32,000 nt of DNA from an uncultured Bacteriovoracaceae bacterium. Its GTDB lineage: Bacteria; Bdellovibrionota; Bacteriovoracia; Bacteriovoracales; Bacteriovoracaceae. Shown piece after piece: positions 16,767 to 24,509 of the stretch. Every line of letters starts with the position of its first letter. The first letter of the stretch is position 1. The stretch is taken from positions 822 through 32,821 of the forward strand of contig CAXGUD010000001.1 of the NCBI GenBank assembly GCA_964012805.1. The letters run 5' to 3'. The notes under the pieces are model-generated. The model saw only the letters and a program-made list of their open reading frames with translations, had not been told where the DNA came from and did not search any database. Both the position numbers and the translations under genes were made by a program.

Positions 16767-17855
16767 ATGAAAAAGAAACACCCATTTTTTTTGGGACTTT
16801 GTATTAAGGTCCTTCTTTTTACCATAATTTCTCCTTTCGGGGAAGCTGCAACGAACTTTTTTAAAATCACAAACATTAATTCAGGGGGTGATCCACTTGT
16901 TAACGCTGCACTTTTGGAATTTGAATCCAATGTCAATCAAAATCTTCCTTCAATAGAAAGTACTGACCTGACAACAGATACAGTCAACTCCAATATCATC
17001 TCTAATAAGGGACTTGGAGTTGACTATACAAACTCCATGAAACGTTTTTTGGTAGGCTGGTCTCAAAGTGCTTCAGTTAATGTCGGAAGCAGTGAAAATA
17101 TCCTAAGTGGGGCCAAAACCGTAAAAGGTTTTGGAATGGCAACCCAATTTAACTTAGGGTTTAACCTTCAACCTTTAAAGAAACGTAAATTGATCAACCT
17201 ACCTTCATTTTGGGGTCTCGACCTTAATAACTCAAAAATTTTTATGGGCCTAATGACCGGACGAACAAGCCAAAAAGTAAGTGGTTATACACTCGGCTTC
17301 GAAATTTTTACCGCCAACCTCCGTATTATGACGAAGCTCAAAAAAGCTGAAGACTTCAAAAGCTACTTTTTTAAGTGGGGTGGTATTGACTTAAGCACAG
17401 GGCTCGAAACTAATAAAACAGCCCTCTCAGTCAGTGTGCCAAGAAATGAGTCAATTACGGCTTCCAATTCATACAAAACAACTTTTGACGGCATAGTTGG
17501 CTTTAAGGTCGATTCCTCAAGTTTTAGTATTCCTCTTGAAGTCTCAGCCAGTGCAACCTTCTTTTCTTTTATCGATTTGTTTTGGGGCCTTGGTACTGAT
17601 TTAAACTTTGGGTATGGAAGGGGCTCGAGTTTTTCAGACTCTAATGTCTTGATCTTTGATAACTTAAATAACCAAGTTGGAACTGCTGACGCCGAGTTCA
17701 ATGTAGGCTCAACAGGGTCCCCCTCAATCTTGAATGCTCGGTGGTTTGCTGGGACCCAAGTTAACCTATGGAAAATGAAAGTTTCACTTCAAGCACAACA
17801 TTCTATGATCCACGGGATTTGGGGCTTTGGAGGTAATTTTAACTTCATTTTTTAA
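16767..17855 (+). CDS. outer-membrane beta-barrel protein
   Basis: Signal peptide MKKKHPFFLGLCIKVLLFTIISPFGEA. Gly/Ser/Asn-rich alternating strands throughout, ending ...GGNFNFIF. Confidence 0.6.
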   Translation: MKKKHPFFLGLCIKVLLFTIISPFGEAATNFFKITNINSGGDPLVNAALLEFESNVNQNLPSIESTDLTTDTVNSNIISNKGLGVDYTNSMKRFLVGWSQSASVNVGSSENILSGAKTVKGFGMATQFNLGFNLQPLKKRKLINLPSFWGLDLNNSKIFMGLMTGRTSQKVSGYTLGFEIFTANLRIMTKLKKAEDFKSYFFKWGGIDLSTGLETNKTALSVSVPRNESITASNSYKTTFDGIVGFKVDSSSFSIPLEVSASATFFSFIDLFWGLGTDLNFGYGRGSSFSDSNVLIFDNLNNQVGTADAEFNVGSTGSPSILNARWFAGTQVNLWKMKVSLQAQHSMIHGIWGFGGNFNFIF

Positions 17856-17872
17856 GTATTCGGATTCTTTCT

Positions 17873-20467
17873 TTAGATACTTGGAATAATTAAAGAAAAG
17901 GTTGTCCCCTCTCCTTCCTTCGTATCAATTTCGATTCTGCCGCCTAGACTTTCAATATTTTTAAGGACGACATCCATTCCCACTCCCCTACCGGATATCT
18001 CAGTTACATTACTCGCCGTCGAAAAGCCTGGTTTAAAAATGAGTTCTGTCTTTTCTTTTTCATTTAAAAAGTCTTTCGTGGAATCTATGAGACCTTTTTC
18101 TATGGCCTTATTATAAACATCTTCACCATTGATTCCCCGGCCATCATCTTTCAAAGTTAGAATAATATCAGGTCTTTTACGGGTTAGACTAACTTCTATA
18201 TTTCCACTTTTTTCAATTCCATGAGCTATACTATTATTGATAAGATGGATAACAGATTCCCTTATAATTTTTGCATTTTTTCTGTCAAAAAGGGCCTCTA
18301 CTCCACTTACTTTAAAAGATACATTTTTTTCAAGTTTTCTTGCTTCTCTAAAAACTGTTGGCTTTAACTTCAACAATTCTCCTTTTAATTCACTCATCAT
18401 GAGGTTTGCAAAAATTCTTAAAACGGCTTTTGCAGAAGTCATCTCTTTAGCTGAATGAAGAGCTACTTCAAATTTATTTTTTGGGACCTCGATAAACTCC
18501 TCAGACCCATCACTTTCAGAGGAAAGAAACTCTTCCCCAAAAACTTCTTGCGCGCTCTCTTTATAAAAAGTAAGGAGTTCCGTGAGCATTTCTTTAGTCC
18601 GTTCTATCCCATTTTTTTCATAATCAGTTTCAAATCCATGAACTTTATTACTTAATGACTCCAAATTAAAGAACCTTGAACTTCCTTTAATTGTGTGCAG
18701 ACTTCTTTTGACCCCTTCCTCATCACCCCACTCTTCCAATGTTTCAAAAACCTCTTTAATAAAAACTCTAAATTCACTTTTAGTATTGGAAACAATTTCC
18801 TGGAGGACTTGAATCCTGTATTCAGCTTTTTCCTGAGAAACTCTAACAGCTTCTTTTAACTTTTCCTCCTCAGTTATGTCCTCAATAATAAACATAATTC
18901 TTCTTACGATTTCTTGATCATCAATAATAGGACTTAATTGAATTTTTACAATCTTCTCATCTCCGTTTTCCATTTTTAAATTAGTCATCTTGGGAATAAC
19001 ATCTTGCATACTATCAAATTGGAAAATATCCATGTTGATAGAAATACTAAAGACAAAGGCCATTTTTTCTCTAAATTCTTGATTAAAAAGCTCCGCACAT
19101 ACATTTTTCCCTACAATATCTACACCAAATATTTCCGCAGAGTATTTTGAGACAGGAAAAATTACTTTATAAGATTCATCCACAGAAAAAACAGCTTGGC
19201 GCATATTATTCAATATATCTTTTGTCTCATTCAATGAGGAAAAGAGTTCATTTGTCCTTGCTTTAACTTTATTTTCCAAACCCAAATTTGTTTTTTCAAT
19301 TTTACGATAGAGCAATTTAAGTTTATGGTTAGCATCATTTAACTCTTCCGCCCTAATTGCGATGTCATCCCTTTGTAATTTTATATACTCTGCAAAACCA
19401 AAGGACAGAACAATAAGCTTGAGAGAAGTACCTAATAAAAGAGAGTTATCAATGAAGAGGTAAGGTCCAAGAACTTTAAATTTAAATAATATCTGGACAA
19501 TAACAAACAGAACAAAAATATTAAGCGATATGAAAAAATATTTAGCAGTAACACTACCCTTCCTTAATTCATCGTAGGAAAACCAGAATGAAAAAATTAT
19601 GATGGTTGAAAAATAAAAATAAGAAAAGCCTAGGCCGGCCGTAATGGGAGTAAAGAGGCAAACAAAGGTCAGGACGAGTCCTCCCTTTATAAAATTGTTG
19701 CAAAAGTGCAGTAGTTTTTCTCTATCCAGATTTATATAACTTTTTCCAAAAATCAATAAAGTGACGCCAGTTAGGGCAACTAAGCTATTTTGGCCTTGAC
19801 CAGATAACCAGGAACCTTTAAGAAAAGAAACAAATACCATAAGCGTTAATGATAAAACAAAGGCATAAAGAGAAAAAAGAATATAGTTAATATAATTGGA
19901 GGTTAAATAATTGAAAATATTATAAATTATTAATAAAATAATAACTCCATAAAAAAATGAATATAAAGTTTTTTCTTCAAATTGTTTTTCATAGAAAGAA
20001 TCAATCTTTAAAATAGAGATGGGCAACTTTACTTTTTCTTTAAACCTATTACTTTTAAGAACTTGGATAAGCACTTCACTTGTATTTGATTTAATTTTAA
20101 AACTAGGATGTCTATTTTTTAGCCTGAAAAGCATAGAATTATCAGGAGACCAAACCTCAGTTCCTCCTGAAGCTGACTTATAGTAGAATTTAAAGTTCTG
20201 AAAATAGCTATTGTTTATAGTAATAACCTTTTCGAAAGGCCGCTTGGAAATTTTAACCTTTATGTATAGGTCTTTTTTAAAATCATTTAAGATATAGGAG
20301 TCTTCGATGGATTTAACTTTTTGAATATTATTTGGTTTAATAAGTCCTTTGACACCTTCTTCTAACGAACCCAAATATTGAAAAGCCTCGACTTCATATC
20401 CAGAACCAGAAAAACTATTTCCCATGAATAAAGAAATAAAAAATAGAAATGTTATTACTGTTCTCAA
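17873..20467 (-). CDS. sensor kinase: 7TMR-DISM extracellular and 7TM domains, coiled coil, PAS-like, Hpt and CheA-type ATPase domains
   Basis: TTG start, signal peptide, periplasmic domain of about 150 aa, then seven hydrophobic helices (aa about 170-365). Hpt motif LHTIKGSSRFFNLESLSNKVHGFE. CheA-like N box IHLINNSIAHGIEK, DDGRGI and GRGVGMDVVLKNIESLGGRIEIDTKEGEGTTF. Confidence 0.8.
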   Translation of the reverse strand: MRTVITFLFFISLFMGNSFSGSGYEVEAFQYLGSLEEGVKGLIKPNNIQKVKSIEDSYILNDFKKDLYIKVKISKRPFEKVITINNSYFQNFKFYYKSASGGTEVWSPDNSMLFRLKNRHPSFKIKSNTSEVLIQVLKSNRFKEKVKLPISILKIDSFYEKQFEEKTLYSFFYGVIILLIIYNIFNYLTSNYINYILFSLYAFVLSLTLMVFVSFLKGSWLSGQGQNSLVALTGVTLLIFGKSYINLDREKLLHFCNNFIKGGLVLTFVCLFTPITAGLGFSYFYFSTIIIFSFWFSYDELRKGSVTAKYFFISLNIFVLFVIVQILFKFKVLGPYLFIDNSLLLGTSLKLIVLSFGFAEYIKLQRDDIAIRAEELNDANHKLKLLYRKIEKTNLGLENKVKARTNELFSSLNETKDILNNMRQAVFSVDESYKVIFPVSKYSAEIFGVDIVGKNVCAELFNQEFREKMAFVFSISINMDIFQFDSMQDVIPKMTNLKMENGDEKIVKIQLSPIIDDQEIVRRIMFIIEDITEEEKLKEAVRVSQEKAEYRIQVLQEIVSNTKSEFRVFIKEVFETLEEWGDEEGVKRSLHTIKGSSRFFNLESLSNKVHGFETDYEKNGIERTKEMLTELLTFYKESAQEVFGEEFLSSESDGSEEFIEVPKNKFEVALHSAKEMTSAKAVLRIFANLMMSELKGELLKLKPTVFREARKLEKNVSFKVSGVEALFDRKNAKIIRESVIHLINNSIAHGIEKSGNIEVSLTRKRPDIILTLKDDGRGINGEDVYNKAIEKGLIDSTKDFLNEKEKTELIFKPGFSTASNVTEISGRGVGMDVVLKNIESLGGRIEIDTKEGEGTTFSLIIPSI

Positions 20468-20626
20468 TTTTTTTTCAACTTTTTCACTTTTAAATTAGTA
20501 CTTGCTGATAATACTTGTCGGCTAAAATAGAAAGAACCTAAACCATTGAAATAAATAATTAGATGCTCTTAAAACGCCAAAATTTAAACTTAGTGAGAGT
20601 AGAAAAAATCAGCAAAGAAAGGTAGT

Positions 20627-21055
20627 TTAAAGGACCTTATTGAAACCATTAGTGGTTAAAATATCAATCGCAGCATCGACCTCAAATCTATAAAAAACAT
20701 TGAAGTCTTGTGGGAAATAAGATGTAGCATTATCTAAACATGAACTAATTTTTCTTACAGAAATCTTATTAGAAAACTTTGAACAACCTATATAATCCAT
20801 AAATCTGTCCCCGAACTCGACTCTTTTTAAAAGGTAGAGCGCTAGTCCCCTATTTTTGTTATCGATTATCAAGTATTTGGAAATGACGTTCTTTACGATT
20901 AAAATTCTAAAAAGGTCATAAGGACTTTTTTCACTTAAGTTTTCTTTTTCAAAGATATAGGACCTTTTAGGAAAATGAATACCACCAAAGGCCCCATGAG
21001 AAGTAAACAAAATAACTATAAATAATACTTTTAATATTCCATTCATTGTTTTCAC
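20627..21055 (-). CDS. hypothetical secreted protein
   Basis: 142-codon ORF with ATG start and signal peptide MKTMNGILKVLFIVILFTSHGAFG. No domain recognised. Confidence 0.55.
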   Translation of the reverse strand: MKTMNGILKVLFIVILFTSHGAFGGIHFPKRSYIFEKENLSEKSPYDLFRILIVKNVISKYLIIDNKNRGLALYLLKRVEFGDRFMDYIGCSKFSNKISVRKISSCLDNATSYFPQDFNVFYRFEVDAAIDILTTNGFNKVL

Positions 21056-21301
21056 GGCTTTTCCCTACTTCAATAAAACGTGCACTAACTTTAATCTATT
21101 GTAGAAGAATTTTTATTTATAAAGAAACTTTTCCTTCGGGTAGTCCTGTGAGTAGAGGTTGCGTTGAAAAAACAGTGTTTTATTTGGCCAGACTTAAGAG
21201 GGGATACCAGCGGCCTTCATCGGTTAAAATAAAATTTGTTTAAATGTCTTGTTTTCTTGGCATTTTCTTAATTTTTTAAAAGAAATTTTATTTTGGAAAC
21301 T

Positions 21302-21326
21302 AGGCCTCTTCCCGGAGGAAGGGCCT
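21302..21326 (-). terminator. GC-rich hairpin 13 nt downstream of the lipoprotein gene stop (possible terminator)
   Basis: AGGCC(U)CUUCC-CGGA-GGAAGGGCCU forms a 10-bp stem with one bulge. There is no clean U-tract on either strand (the minus strand continues AGUUUCCAAAAU). Confidence 0.35.
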
Positions 21327-21338
21327 AAACTTAAGGAA

Positions 21339-22091
21339 TTATTTCATCAATGTTGAAGAAAGAATATCTTTCATATGCTCTGGAGTTGTATCATTAGTTT
21401 CAGCAGCTCTAACTATAAGAGCGTCTAAATCTTTTGAGTCACCTTCCATTGACTTTTTGAAAGCTTTAAGTCCTTCACTCGCATCAAAACCAAGAACTTC
21501 TTTAAAGAAAACTTTTGAGTCTTCTGCCGTCATTTGACGAGACTTAGAAGCTTTTTTCCAACCTTGAGCAAGCTTAGCAACGGCAAAAGCCCTGTCCTCA
21601 CTCAAGCCAAATTCGCTTACTAAATGCTCTTCAACTTTCTTAAGGTTCATTTTTTCAACTTTTTGTCCTAACTTTTCCAAATCTTTTGAAGAAGGTTTTG
21701 TTAGTTCGAAAAGATAACCATAGTCATCCATGTAGACTGTATTTCCATAATCATCAAGTCCCCATGGCTCTACATATCTAGAGTTATAGTAATAATGGTC
21801 ATCTGCAAACGTTGTGTTCTCATTAAAATCCCAAACATTCACAGCACGGTATTGATCATTATCGTAATCATAGACTACTATCCAACCATCATACTGCTCA
21901 GTATTGTACTTTTGGAGATAATACTGATCTGGGTTAGAAACACCAGCATCATAATTTAGAGTATCAACAAACCAATCTGCCTCAGCGTAGCCAATACTTG
22001 CAGGGGGGTTATAACCACCTCCGCCTCCACCAGAGCAAGAAACTAGTACAAGAGAAAGTGCCATAAGAAGAATTGAAATAGATTTTTTCAT
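21339..22091 (-). CDS. lipoprotein of unknown function
   Basis: Lipobox in MKKSISILLMALSLVLVSC followed by a SGGGGGG linker. Tyr/Asp/Trp-rich N-domain and helical Lys/Glu-rich C-domain. Confidence 0.7.
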   Translation of the reverse strand: MKKSISILLMALSLVLVSCSGGGGGGYNPPASIGYAEADWFVDTLNYDAGVSNPDQYYLQKYNTEQYDGWIVVYDYDNDQYRAVNVWDFNENTTFADDHYYYNSRYVEPWGLDDYGNTVYMDDYGYLFELTKPSSKDLEKLGQKVEKMNLKKVEEHLVSEFGLSEDRAFAVAKLAQGWKKASKSRQMTAEDSKVFFKEVLGFDASEGLKAFKKSMEGDSKDLDALIVRAAETNDTTPEHMKDILSSTLMK

Positions 22092-22335
22092 AAGCTTTAA
22101 GTCCTTTTGTATAAAGATCGTCTTAAGTTATTTACACTTTTATCTCCCTTTAGATACAGATAAGGACCCACTTTTTCAAATAAGTTTAGATAAAACCTCT
22201 TTGAAAGAAGAGTATGTATGATTTTCTGGGAAAATGTCAGAAAAAAAGTCCCAAGTTGATACCAAAATAATGAAATTCTTAGCTAAGTCACGTCTTTTTA
22301 ATGATGAAAAGAGAAGTAGATCGCTATGCGCAATG

Positions 22336-23229
22336 CTAATTTTTTGTATACTCTTCAGGATTTTCCAACACATCTATAAACTTTTGAAGACCAAACTTTG
22401 CCACAAGCCCCCCCTCGATTCTTTCATCAAATGAGATCCTGATGGGTAAAACCCTTTCAATTTCAACCTTCCCCTCTTTCGAAATAACTTCATCTTGAAC
22501 TTTCCCTACCATAGCGAAGATCGGACAATTACCCCACTCATAAAGATGATGGAAACCAGGTCTCATTTTCAAGCTTCCTAAGTTGGTTATAATAAGGGAA
22601 GTAAAAAGACCGTCTTCTTTGTAAAACCAAAAAGGAAGTAAGTTATAGTGATCCAAAAATGCAGCGAGTTTGTATATGGGACCAAAAATAAAGTTGGGTA
22701 AGGAGGAAAATAAAGAATGCTCTTTATCTGAATAAGTCTCTTTATCACTTCTCTCTTCTTTAACTCCACCTTTTATCCGCTCGCATAAATCATCAAAATT
22801 TTTAAACTTAGAAAGATTCAATTTTAGAAAAGAGGTTTTTGATCCCATTTCTTTCAAGTCTTTTTTCACGGTAAAAGAAATATGAACACCATTTCTTAAA
22901 TACAGTCTATTACCAGAGCAAAACCGGTTCATTTCCGGACAATTTTCCAAAGCAACCTTTCCCGCCCAAACCAAAATATTCATAATACTGAACCGGTCGT
23001 TATGCTTTTTAACAAAAGTTTCTAAGTTTTTGGCCCTAATCGATACATCAAAATAAACTGTTGAGGACTGCCTGTCGGGGCAAGCAAAAAGGAGCATAGT
23101 CCTAAAGGGATGGAGGTTTTTAACAAGTTTTCCATCACTTCTTCCACGCTTTAAATTTAAAAGAACCCAAATCAAAACGACAAAAAAAATAAGACCACCT
23201 ATTAATTTAAAATCTAAAACAATAGTCAT
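22336..23229 (-). CDS. membrane-anchored 2-oxoacid dehydrogenase E2 / CAT-fold acyltransferase-like protein (active-site motif altered)
   Basis: N-terminal TM LIGGLIFFVVLIWVLL. The C-terminus RISFDERIEGGLVAKFGLQKFIDVLENPEE aligns by eye to the E2 catalytic block S-DHR-x-DG-x-F...L-E-P. ITNLGSLK resembles the SN-G block. Confidence 0.55.
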   Translation of the reverse strand: MTIVLDFKLIGGLIFFVVLIWVLLNLKRGRSDGKLVKNLHPFRTMLLFACPDRQSSTVYFDVSIRAKNLETFVKKHNDRFSIMNILVWAGKVALENCPEMNRFCSGNRLYLRNGVHISFTVKKDLKEMGSKTSFLKLNLSKFKNFDDLCERIKGGVKEERSDKETYSDKEHSLFSSLPNFIFGPIYKLAAFLDHYNLLPFWFYKEDGLFTSLIITNLGSLKMRPGFHHLYEWGNCPIFAMVGKVQDEVISKEGKVEIERVLPIRISFDERIEGGLVAKFGLQKFIDVLENPEEYTKN

Positions 23230-23388
23230 TTTCTCTTGACCCCTCTTAAATAAAGCTTACTTATATTGTAACAATTTAAGGTTTTTCTGCCTTCCCCTCT
23301 CATATTTTCCTAACTGAACCTTTGTTTCAAAGGAAAACATTTGTATAATAAGTGGGCCCATTACTTATAAATTCGGCTGGGAAACTCT

Positions 23389-24402
23389 ATGAATAAAGAT
23401 ATTTCATCTTCCTGGATTAATTTGGCACATCACCGTCTCGGTACTAAAGTCCTGTACGCTACTGACGACTTTTTTGGAGAAAAAGAAAACCTGATAAAAC
23501 CTGGACGAGGAATCTATGTTCCTGATAAATACACGGACCGAGGAAAATGGATGGATGGATGGGAAAGCAGGAGGAAAAGAGTTGAAGGCCATGATTATTG
23601 TGACATCAAACTTGGGTTACCTGGAATCATCGAAGGCCTAGATATTGACACAAACCATTTTCTCGGCAATCACCCCCCCTTTGCTTCTGTTGAAGCGACC
23701 TATGACAACAATATTGTAGAGAATACTAAATGGACTGAAATACTAACTCAATCTCCTTTAAAAGCAGGCTCTCAAAATATCTTTGAAATCTCCAATGGGC
23801 AAAAATGGAAATACGTAAGGCTCCATATATATCCAGATGGAGGAGTCGCCCGCTTTAGGGTTTACGGAACTCCAGCAATTGACTGGGACCAGAAAAAAAA
23901 CGTGGAGAAAATAGATTTGGCCTCTATTTTAAACGGTGGACGGGTGGTTCTCTGTAATGACATGTTTTTTAGCGATAAAAATAACCTTATTATGCCTGGC
24001 CCTGGTATCAATATGGGGGATGGATGGGAAACGAGGAGGAAAAGGGCCAAAAAATTAGGAGATCCACTCGACCCTGATTGGGCGATCCTTTCCTTGGGTA
24101 AACCAGGTATAATTTCAGAAGCGGAAATTGATACGTCTCATTTTGTAGGTAATTTTCCCGACTGTGCTTCTTTAGAAGGCTTATTTCTTGGGGAATCTGA
24201 CAATAACATAATAAAATCCTTACCTGATCTAACTGATAAAGATTGGAGACCCTTACTTCCAAAGACGAAACTCAACCCAGATTACAAGCATTTATTTGAA
24301 AAGGAAATTCAATCAATTGGGAAGATTTCCCATGTGCGCATTAGGATTTATCCGGATGGTGGTGTCAGTAGACTTCGACTTTGGGGTAAGCCAACGTTTT
24401 AA
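23389..24402 (+). CDS. alc: allantoicase (allantoate amidinohydrolase)
   Basis: Two internal allantoicase repeats. Matching blocks are DGWESRRKR/DGWETRRKR, HFLGNHPPFASVEA/HFVGNFPDCASLEG and IYPDGGVARFRVYG/IYPDGGVSRLRLWG. N-terminal YATDDFFGEKENLIKPGRG. Confidence 0.85.
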   Translation: MNKDISSSWINLAHHRLGTKVLYATDDFFGEKENLIKPGRGIYVPDKYTDRGKWMDGWESRRKRVEGHDYCDIKLGLPGIIEGLDIDTNHFLGNHPPFASVEATYDNNIVENTKWTEILTQSPLKAGSQNIFEISNGQKWKYVRLHIYPDGGVARFRVYGTPAIDWDQKKNVEKIDLASILNGGRVVLCNDMFFSDKNNLIMPGPGINMGDGWETRRKRAKKLGDPLDPDWAILSLGKPGIISEAEIDTSHFVGNFPDCASLEGLFLGESDNNIIKSLPDLTDKDWRPLLPKTKLNPDYKHLFEKEIQSIGKISHVRIRIYPDGGVSRLRLWGKPTF

Positions 24403-24509
24403 TAATTCCCAAGCCTTAAAAGCGCATTAAATAAATTATCCCACTATAAAAATAAGCTTTTATTCCGATATATCCTTCATAAAAACAGGAACAGATAAGG
24501 TATTCTGAA

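Noticed and set aside
23389-24402. Allantoicase as part of a purine/ureide catabolic island.
   Set aside because: There are no neighbouring allantoinase, uricase, ureidoglycolate lyase or urease genes. It appears to be a stand-alone gene, so nothing unusual can be claimed from this window.
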